Of a stretch of 64,000 nucleotides of DNA, positions 47,375-55,205 are shown in pieces. The position numbers were made by a program, and so were the translations under genes. Source of the DNA: an uncultured Gammaproteobacteria bacterium (lineage in GTDB: Bacteria; Patescibacteriota; Patescibacteriia; UBA9570); assembly GCA_964385285.1 (NCBI GenBank), contig CAYLOJ010000001.1, positions 88,537 to 152,536 of the forward strand, written 5' to 3'. The notes under the pieces were generated by a model. It did not search any database. It had not been told where the DNA came from and saw only the letters and a program-made list of their open reading frames with translations. Each line of letters starts with the position of its first letter. The stretch's first letter is position 1.

Positions 47375-49417
47375 TTAGGGACGACGGCGGCGCAACGAGA
47401 GCAGCAGAATCGCGACCCAACTCCCGCTCGAGGCGAACCCCAAACGGTTGTTGCAGCCACAGCCAGTGCCGTAGAGAACAACACCCTTGCTGCTCCCCGT
47501 GTCATCCATTCCGGAATCCACGATTCCAGTGTCGTCGGTGTCACCCGAATCGCCAGAGTCACCGCTGTCGCCGGAATCTCCCGTGTCGGACTGATGGGCA
47601 TCACTCCCATCACAATCCTGGTCGATCCCGTCGTCCGGAACCTCTTCGGCACCGGGGTTGATGGTGGGGTCGGCGTCGTCACAGTCTCCTGCATACTCGC
47701 TGTAGCCGTCACCGTCAGAGTCGTCACACTCCGTGGAATCGTCTGCCACGCCCGAGCAATCCTGGTCCACACCGTCGCACGTTTCCGTAGCTCCGGGATG
47801 GATGGACGCATCCGTGTCGTTGCAGTCATCCGTGGTGTAGCTGTCGCCATCCACGTCATCCTCCAAGCAGTCGAGGATGCCGTTGCCGTCCACGTCATCT
47901 ACCCAATCTTCATCGGTGTAGCTGTCGCAGTCGTCGTCGATGCCGTTGCAGGCTTCGATGATCGCAGGGGACTGGGCCGAGTTTGCGTCGTTGCAGTCGC
48001 CCGCATCTTCGCTGTAGCCGTCGGAGTCGTCGTCGTAGCAGCTCGTGCCCTCGTCGATCGTGCCGTCACAGTCCTGGTCCACACCGTCGCACACTTCCGT
48101 AGCGCCGGGGAAGATGTCAGACCGCGTGTCGTCACAATCGGAGCTCAGGTCGTAGCCATCTGCGTCGATGTCGTCGTCGTCCGTGAGACCATCACAGTCC
48201 TGGTCCACACCGTCGTAGGCGATTTCGCTGGCGCCGGGGTTGGTACCGGCGGCGTTGTCGTCGCAGTCCGTGGTGTAGTCGTACCCGTCACCGTCCACGT
48301 CGGTCAGGTCGCTGCCGGAGCAGTCCTGGTCGATCCCGTCGTAGGCCGTTTCCGGCGCGCCCGGGTAGGTGGAAGGAGCACTATCATCACACTCCTCACA
48401 GCCCATGTAACCGTCACCGTCCACGTCGTCCTCGTCGCCGAGGCCGTCGCAGTTGGAGTCCACACCGTCGCAGCTCTCGCTGGCGCCGGGGAGGATGGTC
48501 GCATCGGTATCGTCACAGTCGCCCTCGTCCTCCTGGTAGCCGTCACCGTCGTCGTCGTAGGCGATCGTGCCCTCATCGATGATGCCGTCACAGTCGTTGT
48601 CCACCCCGTCGTAGTTCTCGTAGGCGCCGGGGTAGGCGTCCGCGTTGGCGTCGTTGCAGTCGTCACAGGCCAGGTAGGTGTCACCGTCGGCGTCGACCTC
48701 GTCGCCAAGGCCGTCGCAGTTGGAGTCCACACCGTCGCAGCTCTCGCTGGCGCCGGGGAGGATGGTCGCATCGGTATCGTCACAGTCGCCCTCGTCCTCC
48801 TGGTAGCCGTCACCGTCGTCGTCGTAGGCGATCGTGCCCTCATCGATGATGCCGTCACAGTCGTTGTCCACCCCGTCGTAGTTCTCGTAGGCGCCGGGGT
48901 AGGCGTCCGCGTTGGCGTCGTTGCAGTCGGTCCCACCCACGTCAGTGGAGTCGTAGCCGTCACCGTCGACATCGGTCAGGTCGCTGCCGGAGCAGTCCTG
49001 GTCGATCCCGTCGTAGGCGATCTCGACTTCGGCGAAACCATCGGCATGACCGTTGCAGTCATTGTCGATGCCGTCACCGCAGACCTCCGTCGCCGCAGGG
49101 TTAACCGCAGCATCGGTGTCGTTGCAATCGTCGGACCCGCTGTATCCATCACCGTCGTTCTCATCGGTGGTGCACAGCGCTGCAGGCTCCCAATCTTCAT
49201 CGTAGAGCCCGTCGCAGTCTTCGTCCTCGGCGTCACCACACTGCTCGGTGGCACCGGGGTAGATGGTGGGGTCGTAGTCGTTGCAGTCGACGGAGTCGTC
49301 GAAACCGTCGAGATCCACATCCGCCGCCATGGCGAAGTGGGGGAAGAGGGTGGCGATCATGACCAGCAGGGCGCAAAGCGCTCGACAGGTCGACTTCTGG
49401 TTGAGATTGAACCGCAT
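47375..49417 (-). CDS. GC-rich surface protein with MopE-related metal-binding repeats and MYXO-CTERM-like tail
   Basis: GGAGG SD; signal peptide; many DxDGDGY..DCxD....PGAxExCDGxDxDCDG repeats; DTG/DSG linker; GTGCGC...WVAILLLSLRRRRP. Confidence 0.9.
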   Translation of the reverse strand: MRFNLNQKSTCRALCALLVMIATLFPHFAMAADVDLDGFDDSVDCNDYDPTIYPGATEQCGDAEDEDCDGLYDEDWEPAALCTTDENDGDGYSGSDDCNDTDAAVNPAATEVCGDGIDNDCNGHADGFAEVEIAYDGIDQDCSGSDLTDVDGDGYDSTDVGGTDCNDANADAYPGAYENYDGVDNDCDGIIDEGTIAYDDDGDGYQEDEGDCDDTDATILPGASESCDGVDSNCDGLGDEVDADGDTYLACDDCNDANADAYPGAYENYDGVDNDCDGIIDEGTIAYDDDGDGYQEDEGDCDDTDATILPGASESCDGVDSNCDGLGDEDDVDGDGYMGCEECDDSAPSTYPGAPETAYDGIDQDCSGSDLTDVDGDGYDYTTDCDDNAAGTNPGASEIAYDGVDQDCDGLTDDDDIDADGYDLSSDCDDTRSDIFPGATEVCDGVDQDCDGTIDEGTSCYDDDSDGYSEDAGDCNDANSAQSPAIIEACNGIDDDCDSYTDEDWVDDVDGNGILDCLEDDVDGDSYTTDDCNDTDASIHPGATETCDGVDQDCSGVADDSTECDDSDGDGYSEYAGDCDDADPTINPGAEEVPDDGIDQDCDGSDAHQSDTGDSGDSGDSGDSGDTDDTGIVDSGMDDTGSSKGVVLYGTGCGCNNRLGFASSGSWVAILLLSLRRRRP
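48430..48929. repeat. 233-bp near-perfect intragenic direct repeat (48430-48662 and 48697-48929)
   Basis: Period 267 bp (89 codons); one mismatch seen (48440 G vs 48707 A). Confidence 0.9.
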
Positions 49418-49576
49418 GAAACCTCCGCGGTGTTAGCGTGAACCGAATTCACTAGACGAATCGGATCTGTAGTTATCTGTATCTTTTTTTGGGAAAGAAC
49501 ATTCAAACACAGCCCGCACCAATGATCTAAACTAATCACTCGTGTGAACTGTATTTTTGCCGTTAGACGGCTCGGC

Positions 49577-49605
49577 ACAATACTAGATTTTAACCAAAAA
49601 GTCAA
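49577..49605 (-). promoter_or_regulatory. Sigma-70 promoter for insert 3
   Basis: Minus strand TTGACT (49605-49600)-17 nt-TATTGT (49582-49577). Confidence 0.65.
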
Positions 49606-49761
49606 GCCATCATTGAGCAGGACTATAGACCTGCGGATGGCACGTAATTACAAAGGGGATGGAATAGAAAGAATATAATGCGTCGCACAATCATTCTTAT
49701 ACGACGCATGATTGGGGGAAGAGCCAATAGAATAGCCCAATAGCGCTTGATAGTAGATCTA

Positions 49762-50832
49762 CTATCGATAATACACTCTGTCAGTGAAACGCAGATCAAT
49801 ATACTCTAATCCAGTAACATCCTCGATGTCTGAACTTAATATCTGCTTGAGATGATCTAATTGCTGTTGTAAATCTAGACTCGTATCAAAATAAATTGCG
49901 ACACCTTGTTGTGTGATCACACTAATATCTCTGGTCACTGTCGGATAATCACACTTCACATCTACAAACTCGGCTTCATATTGGATAAATGCATCGGATC
50001 CAGAGGTGTTCTTATCCCCTTCGGCATGTTTAATTTCTTCCAAGAGGTCTAAACTTTGATCCACGGTAATTTCATTGTTGCGCAGTTGATCTAAGACAGC
50101 TCGTTTTTGTGATTTTGAAGATTCGGATTTTGAATCGGCGATTTCATCTGCAAAGATTTTTTCTGTCACATACTGTTTTTCCTGACAGGTCACCGGCATA
50201 ATTGCATACTCTGCGATATCCAAACCACTTTGTGCGGTAAAGCGATCATGTAGACCGCTGATAAAATCTACTACTGTCGGTCGCACGATATTTTCTCCCA
50301 CTGTCACTTTGCGCTTCTTATTCTCTTCGCGAATGTGTGGAAAATGCGGATCGGCTTCCCCTTCAGTTGTGATTTGAGTAATTGTTCCTTGAATATCTAA
50401 ATAGTAATACTGCTTGTTGTTGATATAGACATATCCCGGAACTCGTTCCGAGACGGTCACATTAACTGTTTTCGGCCAATCTGCACTAACGACAACCGAA
50501 CGTAACTGAATTTTTTGACTGAGGGTTGCAGAGATATCGGCTGCTAACTGCGTTTCATCTAAGACAGGTAAAAAGCGTTGTTTAAAGATTAGCCAACGTC
50601 TACGTTGTAAGGCGGAACGCGTCGCCTCTGCAATATCGTCAACGGTTAGATACTGTTCTCCACCAATGGTAATCCATTGCGCAGACAAAAACTGCCAGCG
50701 ACTAAACACTAGCCACAGTAATGCAATCAACAGAACTAGCGAACCCAAAATAGCCAAGCCATCACGTTTAATGCGGGCTGGTGTTGGGTCTTCGTGCTTA
50801 AAATACGGGTTGTGAAAACGACCTGCTGGCAT
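49762..50832 (-). CDS. ftsQ: FtsQ/DivIB-like cell division protein
   Basis: TM, POTRA-like region ending WPKTVNVTVSERVP, C-terminal LEYIDLRFTDRVYYR. Confidence 0.75.
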   Translation of the reverse strand: MPAGRFHNPYFKHEDPTPARIKRDGLAILGSLVLLIALLWLVFSRWQFLSAQWITIGGEQYLTVDDIAEATRSALQRRRWLIFKQRFLPVLDETQLAADISATLSQKIQLRSVVVSADWPKTVNVTVSERVPGYVYINNKQYYYLDIQGTITQITTEGEADPHFPHIREENKKRKVTVGENIVRPTVVDFISGLHDRFTAQSGLDIAEYAIMPVTCQEKQYVTEKIFADEIADSKSESSKSQKRAVLDQLRNNEITVDQSLDLLEEIKHAEGDKNTSGSDAFIQYEAEFVDVKCDYPTVTRDISVITQQGVAIYFDTSLDLQQQLDHLKQILSSDIEDVTGLEYIDLRFTDRVYYR

Positions 50833-50883
50833 GAGGTTGAGTATAGACGAAATCAATAAAATCAGCCATACTAAGACAGTTCT

Positions 50884-51774
50884 ATGCGCCCATTTGATCA
50901 CTGGTGGCAGCAATATCGCTCAAACCGACCACAGCGGTTTAGTTTAACTATGGAGATTGGTCCATGGCCGCAAGATCAGATCATGGCTATCCCATATCCG
51001 ATCTCACATCAGCAACAAGTGGTTCAAAATTTTTCCTATCAGAGTGATGGCGTAGTGAGTGATCACAACGGTTGTTTAGTCATCACCGGTGGTACGTTTG
51101 CTACGCTGACAGCAGATATTACAGTGCGGCCGTTTCAGCGTATTTTGCCGCACACTGATTACTCATGGCAGCCCATTGGCTTGGCCGATCATGTCTACAC
51201 GACACCAGATGCATTCATACACTCCAACGATCCTGAAATTCATGCGATTGCAGCTCGTTTAAAACCAGACGGCACTCCAGACAGCCTAGAGATTCTGTCA
51301 GCGCTTTATCACCACACCTTAGAACGATTAAACTACGGCAATCCAATACCTGGCCTTTATACTACCTTAGAGGCACTGCGCCTCGGTTGTGTAGATTGTG
51401 GTGGGTTCAGCACCTACTTAGGAGCTCTAGCGCAAGCCTGTGGCATTCCTAGCCGTATCGTGGCTGGTTTCTGGGCGGGCTATCCTGACAATACCATGCA
51501 TGCCTGGGTGGAGGCATTATTGCCAGATGGCACTTGGTGGCCAATGGACGCCTCAGTGGAATGGATGCGCTTACGCCGCCGCTCTTACAAACATGGTGCC
51601 TTTGGCCATATTGGCAGTGATCGCATCGTCATTAGTGTCGGCACTAATCATCTCATTCGCCATCAGAATCAAGAGTACCCCGTAGGCATGCTACAGTTGC
51701 CAATGCTATTAAACGCAGATGGTACGGTTACACATCAACAAGCCATTACCAAAATTTTGACACAACGCCAATGA
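50884..51774 (+). CDS. Transglutaminase-like protein
   Basis: Cys-His-Asp triad motifs DCGGFS...GIPSRIVAG, HAWVE, WWPMD. Confidence 0.88.
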   Translation: MRPFDHWWQQYRSNRPQRFSLTMEIGPWPQDQIMAIPYPISHQQQVVQNFSYQSDGVVSDHNGCLVITGGTFATLTADITVRPFQRILPHTDYSWQPIGLADHVYTTPDAFIHSNDPEIHAIAARLKPDGTPDSLEILSALYHHTLERLNYGNPIPGLYTTLEALRLGCVDCGGFSTYLGALAQACGIPSRIVAGFWAGYPDNTMHAWVEALLPDGTWWPMDASVEWMRLRRRSYKHGAFGHIGSDRIVISVGTNHLIRHQNQEYPVGMLQLPMLLNADGTVTHQQAITKILTQRQ

Positions 51775-53000
51775 TCACCACTGCGTTATCGCCAAATTTG
51801 GAATCGAACGACCTACAACTCAGTCTTCGTTTATTGCTTCAACCCTGGCGCTGGCAACACGGCGCGGCGGAAGCAAACCTTGATCGTACCTTGCAGAATT
51901 ATTTTAGAACAAAACAGATCTGGTCTGTCAACTCCGGCCGCACTGCGTTACTAACCATTTTGCAAGCCCTACAACTGAAGACTGGTGATGAGGTGCTCAT
52001 GCAAGCTTTTACCTGTAATGCAGTTTGTAATCCGGTACGGTGGGCAGGTGGCCAACCCGTATATGTGGACATTGATGCCAACAGTTATAATCTATCACTC
52101 ACAGATCTTGAAAAAAAAATCACAGACCGATCCAGGGTGTTAATCATTCAGCACACATTTGGACGACCAGCCGAACTGACTCCCCTCTTGGCACTAGCAA
52201 AAAAACACCACCTGTTTGTGATTGAAGATTGTGCACATGCCTTAGGTGCACGTTATCACGATCAATTGGTTGGAACATTTGGTGATGCTGCTATCTTTAG
52301 CTTTGGTCGCGACAAAGTGATCTCCTCAATTTATGGCGGGGCGCTACTACTGAATAATACTGCCCTGCTCAAAACAGTTACTACCAGACTCTCCCTTCTC
52401 CCCTATCCCAAAACCCGTTGGACACTACAACAACTATTGCATCCCATTATTACCACGCTGGGACGTTCGATTCCCGGAGTGTTAGCACTAGCGCAAAAAT
52501 TAAAAATCATCTCCCTAGCAGTCAGTCGTGCTGAACGACAAGGCATACAACCCGACTATTTCCCAGCGCGTCTACCGAATGGCTTAGCTGCTCTGGCGCT
52601 GCAACAATTCCAGAAGCTGGAGCCCTTTAATTTGCATCGCCTACAACTGGCACAGCAATATCATGATGCATTACAGCCATCCACACCACTTCCAGACAGC
52701 ATCTGGTTGCGTTATAGTGTGCGGGTAAAGGATCCGCAAGCTGTCTTTACGCAAGCGAAACGGGCCGGTATGATATTAGGCGATTGGTATTGGTCAGTGA
52801 TTGTGCCGGACAGCACTGACCCAGCGGTATATGGCTATCACAGTGGTAGCTGCCCAGTCGCAGAAGAACTCGCCAGTCATGTAATAAACTTACCCACTCA
52901 TCCCCGTTTGTCTGTGGCTCAAGCCCATCAGATTATTGATTTCATTAAACCATTCGTTCAATCGACTGCTAGCTATGGCTCTAACCGTTCAAACCATTAA
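51771..53000 (+). CDS. DegT/DnrJ/EryC1/StrS sugar aminotransferase
   Basis: NSGRTAL, IEDCAHALGA, FSFGRDKVISS, INLPTHP. Confidence 0.9.
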   Translation: MITTALSPNLESNDLQLSLRLLLQPWRWQHGAAEANLDRTLQNYFRTKQIWSVNSGRTALLTILQALQLKTGDEVLMQAFTCNAVCNPVRWAGGQPVYVDIDANSYNLSLTDLEKKITDRSRVLIIQHTFGRPAELTPLLALAKKHHLFVIEDCAHALGARYHDQLVGTFGDAAIFSFGRDKVISSIYGGALLLNNTALLKTVTTRLSLLPYPKTRWTLQQLLHPIITTLGRSIPGVLALAQKLKIISLAVSRAERQGIQPDYFPARLPNGLAALALQQFQKLEPFNLHRLQLAQQYHDALQPSTPLPDSIWLRYSVRVKDPQAVFTQAKRAGMILGDWYWSVIVPDSTDPAVYGYHSGSCPVAEELASHVINLPTHPRLSVAQAHQIIDFIKPFVQSTASYGSNRSNH

Positions 53001-53985
53001 CGATCGTTCCGCTTGGGAACAATTTATTCAGCAACAGCAGCCCGACACGTTTTTGCATAGTTGGGCTTGGGGAGAATTTCAAACTCATCCAATTGAGCGC
53101 ATAGCTGCCTACGAAGATGGCCAAATCGTCGGTTTAGCTCTACTGATTATCACGAAAGCTAAACGCGGGACATTCCTACTGTGCCCACATGGTCCTGTAA
53201 TCCTGCCAGAACGTTTAGATGCGATTCGTGCCTTATTAGCTTACATGGTAGAAGCAGGAAAAAAAGCAAAAGCGGATTGGGTGCGCATCGCTCCAATTCT
53301 TCCTGATGAGCCACGCTATGGCACGCCACTGGCTGCTTATAACTTTGTACGCGCGCCCATTCACGTTCATCCTGAACTCAGTTGGATCCTTGACTTAGCG
53401 CCAGACGAAGCAACGCTATTGGCGAACATGCGTAAAACTACTCGCTATTCGATTAAGAAGGCCGAGAAGGAAGGTGTGACTGTGCGTATCTCGACTGACC
53501 CAGCAGACCTAAAGATTTTTTATGATCTGTATCTAGTAACAGTGAGCCGGCAAAAGTTCCAGCCATTCTCTTGGGAATATCTGCAACGCGAATTTGAGCT
53601 GTTCTCGAAATACAGCATGCTAAAAATTGGTATTGCCGAAGAAAATGGCAAACCAGTTTCTGGTGCCATGATTGTCACCACTCCCTATGAAGCTTTTTAT
53701 CACCAAGGAGCATCCGTTACTGGATCTAAGTCCGTTGCCTCGTATCTATTGCAATGGCGCATGATTCAAATGGCCAAACAATCTGGCTGCAAAAAATATA
53801 ATTTCTGGGGAATTAGTCCTGATGAAAAACCTAACCATCCCTGGGCAGGATTAAGCCTCTTTAAGAAAGGGTTTGGTGGTAAGGCCTACCAATATGTTCC
53901 GACTGCGGATGCTGCACTGACTTGGAAATACAAAGTAAACACCTGGATTGAGCGCCGTCGAGCAAAAAAACGCGGCTACGCTTAA
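52975..53985 (+). CDS. FemABX-family peptidyltransferase
   Basis: FLHSWAWGEF, PHGP, MRKTTRYSIKKA, YLLQW, YNFWGI, GLSLFKKGFGG. Confidence 0.9.
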   Translation: MALTVQTINDRSAWEQFIQQQQPDTFLHSWAWGEFQTHPIERIAAYEDGQIVGLALLIITKAKRGTFLLCPHGPVILPERLDAIRALLAYMVEAGKKAKADWVRIAPILPDEPRYGTPLAAYNFVRAPIHVHPELSWILDLAPDEATLLANMRKTTRYSIKKAEKEGVTVRISTDPADLKIFYDLYLVTVSRQKFQPFSWEYLQREFELFSKYSMLKIGIAEENGKPVSGAMIVTTPYEAFYHQGASVTGSKSVASYLLQWRMIQMAKQSGCKKYNFWGISPDEKPNHPWAGLSLFKKGFGGKAYQYVPTADAALTWKYKVNTWIERRRAKKRGYA

Positions 53986-55205
53986 CGCTTAGGTATAATC
54001 TCTGTCACGCCCATCATCATGGGTAGTAACACCTCTGGGATGCGAACCGTACCTTCTGCCGTCTGATAGTTTTCCATAATTGCGGCAATAATCCGACCAA
54101 TCGCTAAAGCCGTAGCGTCATTCATGTGGACAAACTCCAGACTACCATCTACTTTACGGACTTTTGTATTTAAACGACGAGCTTGGTAATCGCTCATGTA
54201 ATCGGCAGTGTGGGTTTCGCGATAAACGCCTTGGCCCGGCATCCAGGTATTGATATCCATTCCACGTGCATTCGGATCGCCAATATCACCGGTGCATTTT
54301 AATAGCAATTGATACGGCAGATTCAATTTTTGAAGCAATTCTTCTTCGATCGAAACCAACAACTGATGTTCGGCTAAGGCTTGTTCACCGGTACTGAAGA
54401 CTTCCATCTCTACTTTATGAAATTGGTGTAAGCGAATGATACCACGCGTATCTTTACCGGCGGCACCTGCTTCGCGCCGTAAGGCCGGTGAAAAAGCGAT
54501 ATAACGTTTTGGTAATTGCTCTTCGGGAATAATTTCATCCATATGGATCGGACCCAGCGTATGTTCAGCACTCCCGATTAAATAGAGATCATCTGCAGGC
54601 AAATAGTAGCGTTCGTCTGTGGGATGCAAGCGTGCCATCTTTTCAAAGACAGCTGGCTTAATAAAGATTGGTGGAATTATCGGGGTAAAACCTTTGCGCA
54701 CAGCCACACTTAAGGCCAAATTGACTAAGGCGTATTCCATCAAGGCCAGATCCCCTTTTAAATAAGTAAACCGAGCGCCGGAGACTTCAGCGGCTTTTTC
54801 ATTATCAATCACATCTAACGCCCTCCCTAATTCCCAATGAGGCTTTGGTTGAAAATCAAACTTGGGCTGTTTGCCCCACTCTTTCACAATTTGATTACCG
54901 GATTCATCTGGACCAACCGGGGTGTCGCTAGTGGGAATATTGGGAACAGTCCAAAGCAATACACGTAGCTGTTCTTCGACGTCCGTTAGTTCTTTTTGGA
55001 TCCCTTTGACTTTCACGGATAATTCTTTGGCACCATCCTTGCCTAACTTACGTTGCTCAGCGCGCAAGGTATCGTGCTCCCCTTGCAGATCTTTACGTTT
55101 TTGGTCTAGAGCTAATAACGCATCAATATCCGCAGTTGATTTTTTATTCGTCACCGCTTGTTTCACTAAGTCCGTGTGTTGGCGAATGAATTTAATATCG
55201 ATCAT
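53982..55205 (-). CDS. serS: Serine--tRNA ligase
   Basis: MIDIKFIR, LIGSAEH, RREAG, TRGIIRLHQFHKVE, DYQARRL, ENYQT. Confidence 0.97.
   Translation of the reverse strand: MIDIKFIRQHTDLVKQAVTNKKSTADIDALLALDQKRKDLQGEHDTLRAEQRKLGKDGAKELSVKVKGIQKELTDVEEQLRVLLWTVPNIPTSDTPVGPDESGNQIVKEWGKQPKFDFQPKPHWELGRALDVIDNEKAAEVSGARFTYLKGDLALMEYALVNLALSVAVRKGFTPIIPPIFIKPAVFEKMARLHPTDERYYLPADDLYLIGSAEHTLGPIHMDEIIPEEQLPKRYIAFSPALRREAGAAGKDTRGIIRLHQFHKVEMEVFSTGEQALAEHQLLVSIEEELLQKLNLPYQLLLKCTGDIGDPNARGMDINTWMPGQGVYRETHTADYMSDYQARRLNTKVRKVDGSLEFVHMNDATALAIGRIIAAIMENYQTAEGTVRIPEVLLPMMMGVTEIIPKR

Noticed and set aside
48430-48929. Near-identical repeat pair as a DGR template/variable repeat or CRISPR array
   Set aside because: Both copies are in frame within one gene, differ at one site, and there is no reverse transcriptase, cas gene or spacer structure.
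47594-49441. 615-aa plus-strand ORF and the Thr-rich alternative-frame ORFs
   Set aside because: Shadow frames of the GC-rich Asp/Gly/Cys repeat gene; Val- or Thr-dominated composition follows from its codon bias.
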